A stretch of 64,000 nucleotides of DNA from Candidatus Krumholzibacteriia bacterium (GCA_963836185.1 CAWIIQ010000001.1:1312001-1376000); one strand, 5' to 3'. Counted from the stretch's first letter, positions 50,839 to 60,674 are shown. Program-made: numbers and translations. Notes: generated by a model from the letters alone, not told the origin.

Positions 50839-51402
50839 CTATCTGTTATACATTTCCTTGATAGCTCCCCAGCTAGTCTCCTCCGTCGCCGTACCGGCGC
50901 ATTCGGGGCTGCCGGGAGGGTAGTTCACGAAAATGCTCGTGTAGGTATAGGCAGCCTCGACCGGATACCCGGGAAGGCAGTTTGCAACACCGATCCTGCC
51001 CGTTTCAGCATGGTCCATGAGCCATATGGCCGTCTGACCGGGACCGGTCGCCATGATGCTGTAAACATCGAGCAGGACCCAGTCGGTGCGGCAGAGATAG
51101 AGGCTGTAGGAAATGCCGTCGAAAATGTCCCCCATGCTCAGACTGACGTACGGTCCGGGGGCTCTTCCTGTAAGGAAATAGGTCGGGGCAAAGTCTGAGA
51201 TACTGAATTCTGCACCCCTTAATCCGTTATCACTTGGCAGGCAGAAGACCCAGACGTTGAACTGGAACGGGATGTCGGTCGACTCGAGGCACCAGGAAGT
51301 CCGGGCTTCATCGGCGAAAAGACCGATGTAACCGTATTCGTATGCGGCTGCGGGTGTCGCCAGCATCGCTGCCAGGACGACGATCAGTAACAACGATCGC
51401 AT
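50839..51402 (-). CDS. Secreted hypothetical protein with C-terminal TSWGAIKEMY motif
   Basis: Signal peptide (PAAA); 'GYIGLFAD'; SD AAGGAGG; C-terminal 'ATEETSWGAIKEMYNR'. Confidence 0.82.
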   Translation of the reverse strand: MRSLLLIVVLAAMLATPAAAYEYGYIGLFADEARTSWCLESTDIPFQFNVWVFCLPSDNGLRGAEFSISDFAPTYFLTGRAPGPYVSLSMGDIFDGISYSLYLCRTDWVLLDVYSIMATGPGQTAIWLMDHAETGRIGVANCLPGYPVEAAYTYTSIFVNYPPGSPECAGTATEETSWGAIKEMYNR

Positions 51403-51514
51403 AGTCCCCTCCTTCGAGGTTGTTGGTGAATATCCAAGCGGCGATATATTATCATATTATGGACACCTCTTCAACTTAATTCCAGAACGGTTCCAAATCC
51501 GGCCGGAGGATGAA

Positions 51515-51550
51515 TTACTGTTGACAGTAAATAAATACTGGGCTTATCTT
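51515..51550 (+). promoter_or_regulatory. Palindromic operator overlapping the -35 of the carboxyltransferase operon
   Basis: TTACTGT-tg-ACAGTAA contains TTGACA (51521); TATCTT at 51545. Confidence 0.55.
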
Positions 51551-51579
51551 TGATAGTCACCAGGGACGGAAGGGCAAAT

Positions 51580-51777
51580 GTGGACGCAAAGACTATGGCC
51601 GCGATTGTCGCGGCTGTTCAAGCCTATATAGAACAGGAAGATACGGTGCCGGTCAGGGAGAAAGGGCACGTCCTGAGCCCGTGGAAGATGGGCGCGCGCA
51701 AGGAACAGCTTGGAAGACGCTCTCTCGCGGCCAGGGCAAATCCGCTCAAGACCCGGTTGAACCGGTTCTCCCTGTGA
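51580..51777 (+). CDS. Small accessory subunit of a biotin-dependent (de)carboxylase (epsilon/OadG-like)
   Basis: 'AAIVAAVQAY...SPWKMGAR' pattern immediately upstream of the carboxyltransferase. Confidence 0.55.
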   Translation: MDAKTMAAIVAAVQAYIEQEDTVPVREKGHVLSPWKMGARKEQLGRRSLAARANPLKTRLNRFSL

Positions 51778-51813
51778 TGATGGCTGCCTGAAAGAAAGGC
51801 TCACACAAACGAT

Positions 51814-53764
51814 ATGCCTGCCAGCGAAAAGATACTCAAGGGAATCGGACCAGTAAAGATCACGGATACGACTTTCCGCGATGGTCATCAGTCCACTCTC
51901 GCTACGAGGTTCCGTACCGGAGACATGCTTCCCATAGCCGAGAAGATGGATGCTGTCGGCTTCCATTCGATGGAAGTCTGGGGAGGAGCGACATTCGATG
52001 TCGCCACACGTTTCCTCAATGAGGACCCATGGGATCGACTTGTCGAGCTTAAAAAGAGGATAAAAAACACACCACTGCAGATGCTGCTGCGAGGCCAGAA
52101 TCTTGTCGGGTACAGAAACTACGCCGATGATGTCGTCGAGGCGTTTGTTTTCGAGGCGGCTGAAGCCGGAATAGACATATTCAGGGTGTTCGATGCGCTG
52201 AACGATGGACGTAATTTCGAAGCGTCGTTCGAAGCGATAAAGAAATCAGGCAAGGAGATTCAGGCAACACTCTCTTATTCCCTCACAGGGAACAGGCTCG
52301 GGGGCGAGGTGTTCGACCTGAAATACTATGTGGAGAAGGCGAAGATATTCAAGGATATGGGCGCCTCCTCGATCTGCATCAAGGATATGGCCGGGCTGAT
52401 GAATCCCTATGACGCTTACGATCTCGTAGGTTCCCTCAAGGCCGATGTCGGTATTCCGGTCCAGCTGCACTGCCACTATACCAGCGGCATGGCATCGATG
52501 ACATATCTCAAGGCTGTCGAAGCAGGTGTGGATGTGCTCGATTGCGCCCTGGCGCCGTTCGGCCTGAGGTCATCCGAGCCGGCGGTGGAACCGATCGTCG
52601 CCGCGCTCCAGGGAACAGGCAGGGACACCGGCCTCGATCTCGATCTGCTCTTCGAGCTGGGTGCGTATGTCGAGAAGGTCGCGCCAAAGTACAGGCGGTT
52701 CCTTAACCAGACGAGGATGGCTGTGATCGATACCGGTGTCCTGGAGCACCAGATCCCCGGTGGAATGCTCACAAACCTGGTCAGCCAGCTCAGGGAGGCG
52801 GAAGCGCTCGACAGGATAGACGAGGTATACAAGGAACTGCCCAGAACCCGCAAAGAACTGGGATTTCCTCCTCTGGTGACGCCGACAAGCCAGATCGTCG
52901 GTATACAGGCCGTACAGAACGTTCTCTTCGGGCGATACAAGATGATCAGCGGCCAGGTCAAGGATTACGCGTATGGTCTCTACGGGACTCCTCCGAGGCC
53001 GATGGATCCGAAGATACAGAAGCTCGCTCTCAAGGGATATCCCCGCGGCGAGAAACCGATAACGTGCCGTGCCGCTGACATGCTCGAACCTGAGATGGAG
53101 AAGGCGCGGGAAGGAGTGTAAAGGGCCTCGCGAAAAACGAGAGGGATGTCCTGATCTACGCGCTTTACCCGACTACGGGGACCAGGTTCCTGCGCTGGAA
53201 ATACGGGCTCGAGGAGCCGCCCGCGGAAGTGAAGCCTGTTACGCTCGAGGATGTGGCAAGGGAAGAGGAGCTTGTCGAGAAACTGCGCAGCGGTAATGTT
53301 TCCGTGTCAACGGGCAGGGGAGGAATACCGGATAAGGGCGCAGCGCTCAGGGCTTTCAATGTTTTCGTCGGAGATGAATATTACAATGTCGAGGTGGAGG
53401 AGGTCGGTGGAAAGACGCGGGCACGCGCCGCGGGAAACACAGCCCCGATAGTGATGAAGGACGGCGGCCGAAGGAAGAAGAAGGAAAAAAGGAATAAAGA
53501 TCAATGCCGAGAAGGCCAGCGCTTGCGCCGACACCGGGGATGGATCGGAGTTTACACTGACGGCTCCCATGCCAGGCATGGTCATAAGCTACGAAGTGAA
53601 GCGAAGGCGACAGTGTCGGAGAGGGAGATGTCCTCGTCGTTCTTGAGGCGATGAAGATGCAGAACAGCCTCACTGCAGGTGTCGCGGGAACTATCAAGTC
53701 GATAAAGGTCTCGCCCGGAATGTCGGTCGAAAAGAACCAGGTACTTCTGACGATCTCCAACTGA
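51814..53764 (+). CDS. pycB: Pyruvate/oxaloacetate carboxyltransferase with biotinyl domain (PycB/OadA-like), frameshifts near 53118, 53480 and 53602
   Basis: DTTFRDGHQS, EVWGGATFD, MLLRGQN, IKDMAG, HCH, HQIPGGM and LVTPTSQIVG; biotin motif EAMKMQN at about 53645 in a later frame. Confidence 0.85.
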
Positions 53765-53791
53765 ACGGAAAGTCGAAAAGGAGTCCAAGCC

Positions 53792-55887
53792 ATAGCAGCT
53801 TCAGGATCAACGCACCGTCTCAAATCTCATCCCATACTGCCGATAAGTGAACGAAAAGAGATCTCCTTTTCGTTCAACGGGGAAGAGATGAAAGCCCTGG
53901 AGGGCGAGGCTATCACCTCCGCTCTCTACGCTAACGGTATAAAGGTCTTCGGACATCATCCGCGTGACGGGGCGCCCCAGGGAATATTCTGTGTAAACGG
54001 CCAGTGCAGCCAGTGCATGGTCCTCGTTGACGGCGTCCCTGTGAAGGGATGCATGGTCGAGGTCCGTGAAGGGATGAAAGTGGCGAGCTGCGAGGGAGTT
54101 CCCGAGCTCCCGTATAGAGACGGCCTGCCTGAGTTCTCCAGAATTGATACGATCTCGACCGAGGTCCTCGTGATCGGGGGCGGCCCGGCGGGAATAAACG
54201 CCGCCATCGAGCTGGGGATGCTCGGTATCGAGACCTTGCTCGTTGACGACAAGAACGAGCTGGGGGGAAAGCTCACTCTTCAGACGCACCCCTTCTTTGG
54301 TTCGAGGGCAGACTGCTACGCGGGGATCCGCGGCATAGATATCGCGCACATAATGACGACAGAGCTCGCAAAGTTCGATTCAGTGAAGGTGATAACCGGC
54401 ACGACTGCGGTCGGGGCTTTCCTTGACGGCAAAGTCGGGATGTACGGTCCCGATGGATACTTCCTCGTCGAGCCAAAGGTCGTTCTCGTAGCGTGTGGCG
54501 CGCGCGAGAGGGGCCTCGCATTTCCCGGTTGCGACCTGCCCGGTGTATATGGCGCGGGAGCGTTCCAGACGCTGCTCAACCGCGACCTGATCATGCCGAC
54601 AGAGCGTCTCTTCATCGTCGGCGGCGGCAATGTGGGCCTGATTGCCGGGTACCACGCCATCCAGGCGGGGATAAAGGTACTCGGTCTCGTCGAGGCTCTG
54701 TCATAGATGCGGAGGATACAAAGTGCACGCCGACAAGCTGACGCGCCTGGGTGTTCCGATCTACACCTCACATACTGTCATATCCGCCGAGGGAGACGGA
54801 AAACTCGAGCGGATCACGACGGCCGCGCTGGACGAATCTTACAAACCGGTCGAGGGGATCAGCCAGTACCTGGGAAGTCGATACGCTTCTTGTCGCGGTC
54901 GGTCTCTCCCCGATAGATGAACTTTACTACAAGATGATGGAATTCGGTATTGAGTGCTATACCTGCGGCGATTCAGCTGAGATAGCCGAGGCTTCGGCGG
55001 CGATATTCAGTGGAAAGATCACGGGAAGAGAGATCGCCCGTGCGCTCGGACGTGACGTCGAGATCCCCGATGACTGGGCGGCGAAGCAGGATGTGCTCCG
55101 GAGCAAACCGGGCGCTGTTGTTGACTGGGAACCTGTCGCGGGGGATGGCAGGGCTTATCCTGTGATCAGGTGCGTCGAGGAGATCCCGTGCAATCCGTGC
55201 GTTGACTCCTGTTCGCATTGCTCGATAAAGATCCCTGGCGATCCGATTATGGGACTGCCTGAATTTTCCGGCGAATGCACAGGTTGCCTTAAATGCGTTG
55301 CGGCGTGCCCGGCCCTTGCGATCACCCTGGTCCGCCCGGATGCGGGAGAGGAAGAAGGCACTTCCATCGTTGTCGTGCCCTATGAACTCGAATTATCCGG
55401 TATCGAGAAAGGGAGCGAGGTCCATACTGTCGATTTCGACGGGAACCCGGTAGGTACGGGGAAAGTCGTAAGGGTGAACAAGGCGCCCGGAGACGCAAAG
55501 AGGATGCTTGTCTCGATAGAAATCCCGGCGCAGCAGGCGGTCGATGTAGCGGCCCTGCTCGAACTGGAAGCCGAGAAGGGCGATATGGGCGGCGGCATCG
55601 CCGATTCGATATCTGACGATACGATAGTCTGCAGGTGCGAGAGGATAACTGCCGGAGAGATACGCGGTGAGATCAGGGCGGGTGTGCTTGATATGAACAT
55701 CCTTAAAGCCACGGTGAGGACGGGAATGGGAGCATGCGGTGGAAAGACCTGCACAGAACTGATCCTCCGGCTCTACCGCGAAGAAGGGATCGACCTCGAG
55801 GACGTGACTCTTCCGACAGAGAGGCCGTTTGTAGCCGAAGTGCCGCTCTCGGCGTTCGCCGGTGTCAAGGGGGGTGACGGGAAGTGA
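53792..55887 (+). CDS. Multi-domain FAD/FeS oxidoreductase (2Fe-2S, FAD Rossmann, 4Fe-4S, BFD-like), sarcosine-oxidase-alpha/proline-dehydrogenase-alpha-like; frameshifts near 54704 and 54868
   Basis: HPILP; FCVNGQCSQC; GGGPAG; GGGNVG; CNPCVDSC..CTGCLKCVAACP; CRCE..GMGACGGKTC. Confidence 0.85.
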
Positions 55888-57054
55888 GTCTTGAGAAGTA
55901 CGATGCTATTGTGATCGGCGCTGGAAGCGTCGGCTGCCCGACAGCCTACTTTCTCACTCTGGAGGGACTCAAGGTCCTTGTCCTGGACAGCGAGCATTCC
56001 GCGGGCCAGGGACAGAACAAGGCAGCCATCGGAGGGGTAAGGGCTACCCATTCAGACCCTGCCAAAATAGCGATCTGCCTGGAGAGCCTCGAAGATCTTC
56101 TCCACCTGGAAGGAAAAGCACGGAACTGATATAGGATGGATAGAGGGCGGATACTGTTTCCCGGTCTACCGTGAGATCGACGAAGAAAAACTCAAGTCGC
56201 TTCTTCCCGTACAGAAGAGTTTCGGTCTGCATATAGACTGGGTCGGACCTGAGAAGATCATACAACTCGTTCCCGGCATCAATCCAGTCGGCCTTAGAGG
56301 CGGCACTTTCTCGCCGCACGACGGCCAGGTATCGCCGCTTAAGGCCGCAGCCGCTTTCTGGAAGGAGAGCAGGGACAGGGGGGCCGAATTCCGTTTCGGA
56401 GAACCGGTCACAGGCCTGTTGAGGAATGGAAGCAGGGTCGAAGGCGTTGAGACGAACAAGGGAAAGTACTATGCCGACGTAGTCGTTAACGCAGCCGGTG
56501 GTCAAGCCGCTGATATAGGAAGGATGTCGGGAATCGACATCCCCGTCGTTCCGGACAGTCATGAGGCCGGGATATCCGCGCCTATGGAGAGGTTCTTCGA
56601 CCCGCTCATCGTCGACATCAGGCCCGGACCTGAAGGAAGGACGGCCAACTTTTACTTCGGGCAGAACGACCGCGGCCAGGTGATCTACTGCTATACGCCT
56701 ATAACACCGATCGTCGGCACGGACAGAGCGGTCACATCGGAGTTCATGCCGGTAATTTCCCGCAGGCTGATCGATCTTATTCCCCGCCTGAAGAACATGC
56801 TCATAAGGCGTGTCTGGAGGGGGCTGTACCCGATGACTCCGGACGGGATCATCATCCTCGACAAGGTGCAGGATGCGGGAGGAGTCTACCTCGCAGTGGG
56901 AATGTGCGGGCAGGGATTCATGCTGGGGCCGGGGGTGGGACTGAACATGGCGAAGTTCATTGTCCGCGGCAAGCCTATCATCGATTCTGATATCTTCTCA
57001 TCGATCGGTTTCTACCGTGACTTCCACGCGAAGAGAGCCGAAGCGCTCAAGTGA
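55884..57054 (+). CDS. DAO-family FAD oxidoreductase (sarcosine oxidase beta/proline dehydrogenase beta-like), frameshift near 56091
   Basis: IGAGSVG, GGVRATHS, DGQVSP, VVNAAG, WRGLYPMTPDG and GMCGQGFMLGP motifs. Confidence 0.85.
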
Positions 57055-57075
57055 TCCAAGCCTTGCGATAATCTG

Positions 57076-57109
57076 AAAAAGAAGGCCGGGGATCACTCCC
57101 CGGCCTTTT
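57076..57109. terminator. Bidirectional intrinsic terminator
   Basis: AAAAAG-AAGGCCGGGGA-tcac-TCCCCGGCCTT-TT. Confidence 0.78.
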
Positions 57110-57137
57110 AATTACTGACTCTTCCAGGCAGCTGGCA

Positions 57138-60100
57138 CTACCTCAGAAGAACCATCTTCTTCATGTTCTCATAGTTGTCGCCGGCGTTGATCTTGTAGAA
57201 GTAAACACCGGAAGCAACATTGGCCCCGAGATTGTTAGCGCCATCCCAGGTAAGTTCATGAGAACCAGCATCCATGACACCATTCTGCAGAGTCTTGACC
57301 AGCTGTCCAGCCACGTTGTAGATCTTCAGGCTTACGTGACCCTTGGAGGGCAGCGCAAACTGGATCCGCGTCGACGGGTTGAACGGGTTGGGGAAGTTCT
57401 GCGCGAGGCTGTAGGCCTTCGGGAGCTCGGTGTCGGTGTAATCGCCCGACGTCGCGTTCTCGAAGAACTCATAGGTTTTCCCGAGGAACGTGTTCCTTGC
57501 GGGAGCGCCTGCTACAGCGTCTCTGATCTGCATGAAGCTGTGTCCGACCCAGACAGTCCTGAGCGGGTAACCGGCACTGTTCACCTGTGAAGGTGTGTGG
57601 ATACCGGCGTAGTACGGCGCGGCTGCATAGTCAGGATACTGCAGTGCATAAGCGCCGGGGCCCGTTGTCTGAAGAACGTCGAAGTCGTTGATGATCGGGC
57701 AGCCGCCGAAGGCATAGTAGGTCATGCCTGCGTACGGTCCACCCGCAACACCGGTGATCAGAGGAGTTATCGTACCGCCGGCCGTACGGCCACCGGTAAG
57801 CTCGTAATAACTCGAGTTCTCAAGCGCGACACCACAGGTCGTGGAAACGAGCTCGAGAGCGATCGCCTGATCCGAATGGGAAAGGTCATAAGCGATCTGG
57901 TCGCCCATTACAAGGAGTCCGACCTTGTGGTCCGACTGATTCAGCCAATCTACGAGAAGCTGAGCGTCGTTCGACTTGTCGGAATTCTCCAGGGTTCCCT
58001 CAGAGATCGTATACGAGTTGAGATCTCCGGAATCAAAGATGACCTTCTCATAGGCCTGGCAGAAGATCGACTGAGGACCAGCTGCCGAAACGTATGCGCC
58101 TACACCGTTGCTGACACCGGAGGCCGGTGCGTTGGTGTCGTACCTGTCGGGCATAGCGTCAACCGAAGCTGAAACGGACGCGAATGCCGGATCATAGTAC
58201 GTCTGCACTGTTCCCACGAATGTGCCGCGACCATGGAAATCGTCGCAGTACAGGACGCCGGGAACTGTCCTCAGGGTAGGCAGGCAGGTAAACTCATACC
58301 TGTTTCCATCGACTTCCTCGGCCGAAGCCGGAAGAGTCGACGAATAGCCCAGGAGGTCATACGCTTTGAAGTAGTACTCGACCATGTAACCGCGCGTGAA
58401 GAGCGAGTCATTGAGGTCGATCGCGTAGGTCTCGGGTGTGATGGCACCGCTCGCGTTCTGAGCAGGCTCACACAGCAACACGGTCCAGTCACCGTCATCA
58501 CTGATGTAACGTCCATCCGAACCCTCGAGTATCATACCTGCGATGTCAGGCTTTCCGTCGGGGCCGAGGAAATGAACGTTGCAGTGGAAGTAGACTCTCT
58601 CTTCACCGGTCGCCAGGGTATCCAGGCCACCGGCAAGAGGGGCCGCGCACTTGACTGCAGCCGAGTCGCCCGGATCGATACGATCGGGCTCCGCGTCGGG
58701 GGCGATATCGACCGCCGCGTCGGCGCGACAGATCTCTTCCATAGGATCTACGCTGAACTCGAGTTCCTGGGGGAAGGTGTCCTGGAAAAGCTCCAGGCCA
58801 CGGAAACTCCAGGACGGACCTACAGTCGCGTAGCGGTAGAGACGTACATTGTCGAGCCACGGTGAAGGTGTATGGGCAGCACAGTCGTTGCCGCCTTCCC
58901 ACCAGACATCGCACATGTCAGTGACACCAACGGTCAGCTGTACAGGCTCAGAACCGACGAGGTCAGAGATGTCGAATCCGTTCTGGATGTAATCCTTGTC
59001 GGCGCCGTAGTAGACGTAGTTACGATCTCTCCACTGCCCCGGGCAGTTAGTAGCTTCATCTATGCTTCTAACCGACCAGGTGTAGTATACGAGGTTCTCC
59101 GACGGAAGGTCACGGTAGGTGACGAATCTCATGACGGCACCGCCGAGCGTGGCAAGGTCGCCAGCGTCGATGGGCATATCCTGATTTACGTCACAAGCCG
59201 ATGAATACCTTCTCATGTCGATGATAGGCGATATGACCGACTCGTCCTGACAGGGGGCGGAGATCCCGCCGGGGCCCGTGCAGAACGGAGTGTCGAACAT
59301 ACCGGGATAATCGGAACTGGGATAGGATGAACCGTTGAAGAAGATCAACTGAGCGCCGAAGTTGTCGGCACAGGGATCTTTGTCAACAAGGTTGTTCCTG
59401 AGGTCGGCGTAGGCGCCGAAAGCGTCTTCGACCGCACAGTTCCAGATACCAAGCTCGCCCTTGCTTCCAACGGCATAGCCTTCGAAATCCTCGTAATCGA
59501 GAAGTCCGGTGGCATCGGTGACCGAGATCTCATCGATGATGCAGGCACCATCGGTGTCCCAGAGACCGTCCTGGTCGGACCAGGCACCGTCAGCGGTAAA
59601 GTGGTAACGAAGCTTGGTGGCAGCCTGGGTAAGGAGAAGCTGATACGATGCGTCGAGTGTGTCAACGCCATCGAATACATCGATCTCGACCCAGTTCTCG
59701 TCACCAGCGTCGTACTCTACGTACGTGAAGTCAAAATCAGGCTCTGAATCGATGAGAGCCTTGAATGACCACGTAAGGATGCCAGTAAAGGGAATGACAT
59801 CCGTGTAGCACAACTGGTTCCAGCCGTTGCCGTAACCAGGTGCATTGATCCATGAGCAAAGGTAGAAATCGGTGCCCCCACGGGTACCGCACCACAGTGA
59901 CTTGGATCCTTCGATGGGAGCGAGACGCCCGAAGGCACCGCCGCCGAGCCCAGCGAAATCGTCAACGTGGAAAAACGTATCTACCTGAGCAGTTTTGTCC
60001 AGACTCGTCCAGCCCTGCCATGACATCGGCTCGAAGTCGTACCAGATTATACAGAAGGTATCAACTGCGGCCGAAGCCATCAGTGTCTGAGCACCCTGGT

Positions 60101-60239
60101 CGATGAGAGCAGGGTTTTCGTCATCCGTAACGGCTTTCATTACCTGAAGGCCGCTTCTGTCGATATCGCGCGCCGACACGGATCCGACGAACAGGGCAAG
60201 GAAACACAAGCCCAGTAAAATAACCACAGGGGTTTTCAT
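57138..60239 (-). CDS. Large (~1030 aa) acidic secreted protein with FlgD-Ig-type C-terminal domain
   Basis: Signal peptide; beta-sandwich-like domains; 'LAQNFPNPFNP..IYNVAGQLV..WDG..ASGVYF..KKMVLLR'; ATG 60239 is 9 nt from the AGGAG SD (alternative start 60245). Confidence 0.88.
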   Translation of the reverse strand: MKTPVVILLGLCFLALFVGSVSARDIDRSGLQVMKAVTDDENPALIDQGAQTLMASAAVDTFCIIWYDFEPMSWQGWTSLDKTAQVDTFFHVDDFAGLGGGAFGRLAPIEGSKSLWCGTRGGTDFYLCSWINAPGYGNGWNQLCYTDVIPFTGILTWSFKALIDSEPDFDFTYVEYDAGDENWVEIDVFDGVDTLDASYQLLLTQAATKLRYHFTADGAWSDQDGLWDTDGACIIDEISVTDATGLLDYEDFEGYAVGSKGELGIWNCAVEDAFGAYADLRNNLVDKDPCADNFGAQLIFFNGSSYPSSDYPGMFDTPFCTGPGGISAPCQDESVISPIIDMRRYSSACDVNQDMPIDAGDLATLGGAVMRFVTYRDLPSENLVYYTWSVRSIDEATNCPGQWRDRNYVYYGADKDYIQNGFDISDLVGSEPVQLTVGVTDMCDVWWEGGNDCAAHTPSPWLDNVRLYRYATVGPSWSFRGLELFQDTFPQELEFSVDPMEEICRADAAVDIAPDAEPDRIDPGDSAAVKCAAPLAGGLDTLATGEERVYFHCNVHFLGPDGKPDIAGMILEGSDGRYISDDGDWTVLLCEPAQNASGAITPETYAIDLNDSLFTRGYMVEYYFKAYDLLGYSSTLPASAEEVDGNRYEFTCLPTLRTVPGVLYCDDFHGRGTFVGTVQTYYDPAFASVSASVDAMPDRYDTNAPASGVSNGVGAYVSAAGPQSIFCQAYEKVIFDSGDLNSYTISEGTLENSDKSNDAQLLVDWLNQSDHKVGLLVMGDQIAYDLSHSDQAIALELVSTTCGVALENSSYYELTGGRTAGGTITPLITGVAGGPYAGMTYYAFGGCPIINDFDVLQTTGPGAYALQYPDYAAAPYYAGIHTPSQVNSAGYPLRTVWVGHSFMQIRDAVAGAPARNTFLGKTYEFFENATSGDYTDTELPKAYSLAQNFPNPFNPSTRIQFALPSKGHVSLKIYNVAGQLVKTLQNGVMDAGSHELTWDGANNLGANVASGVYFYKINAGDNYENMKKMVLLR

Positions 60240-60248
60240 AATCATTTT

Positions 60249-60395
60249 CTCCTAAATAGTGGTCGGCTATTCAGAGTTACAGGAAGACAATAACAGCGGA
60301 TTTTTACCCTCCCTACAGCGGTCGGCTGGACAGAGTTACACTCAGGCCCGGTTCAGAGCATAAGCTTCCTCCAGATTCTGGTCGGCGGGTTAACA
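60249..60395 (-). repeat. Three ~60-nt-period leader repeats, TGT(T)AAC..GCCGACC..GGAG
   Basis: Units at 60368-60395, 60308-60340 and 60249-60281; GGTCGGC on the + strand at 60261, 60320 and 60380. Confidence 0.8.
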
Positions 60396-60598
60396 CGCGA
60401 TAGGGCACGTCAAATTCGGTGGGTACTTGTATACTAGCACAAAACGGCCATGATTCCAATCACTAAATCCATGGAAACGCGCGGAATGCCGCACGGAAAT
60501 CATCATTAATATTACTTGCCGGCAAGGTCTCTCAAAGAAGGCACAAAAAAGACTTGAAAAGGGTAGGTGGTATAATATATTCACTTTACTCATGGGGA

Positions 60599-60674
60599 GC
60601 TGGTGTAGCTCAGCTGGTAGAGCAACGCACTCGTAATGCGTAGGTCATCGGTTCAACTCCGATCACCAGCTCCA
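60599..60674 (+). tRNA. tRNA-Thr (CGT)
   Basis: 76-nt cloverleaf GCTGGTG/CACCAGC; anticodon arm ACGCA-CTCGTAA-TGCGT; GGTTCAA; encoded CCA. Confidence 0.96.

Noticed and set aside
54704-54706. TAG (and TGA at 14870 and 17579) as pyrrolysine or selenocysteine readthrough
   Set aside because: The conserved protein continues in a different frame, so these are frameshift consequences rather than in-frame stops.
60263-60340. TGTAAC...CGAC as SigX-like ECF promoters
   Set aside because: The spacing is only 10 nt rather than 16-17.
60249-60395. Leader repeats as a mini-CRISPR array
   Set aside because: Only three degenerate units, internally variable and each ending in an SD-like sequence; no cas genes in the window.
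60436-60450. TGGCCGTTTTGTGC on the minus strand as a sigma54 promoter
   Set aside because: GG-N9-GC, whereas sigma54 needs N10; it would fit only if a base is missing from the assembly.
50631-60674. Genomic island between tRNA-Phe and tRNA-Thr
   Set aside because: No integrase, no duplicated tRNA 3' end seen, and the contents are metabolic genes.
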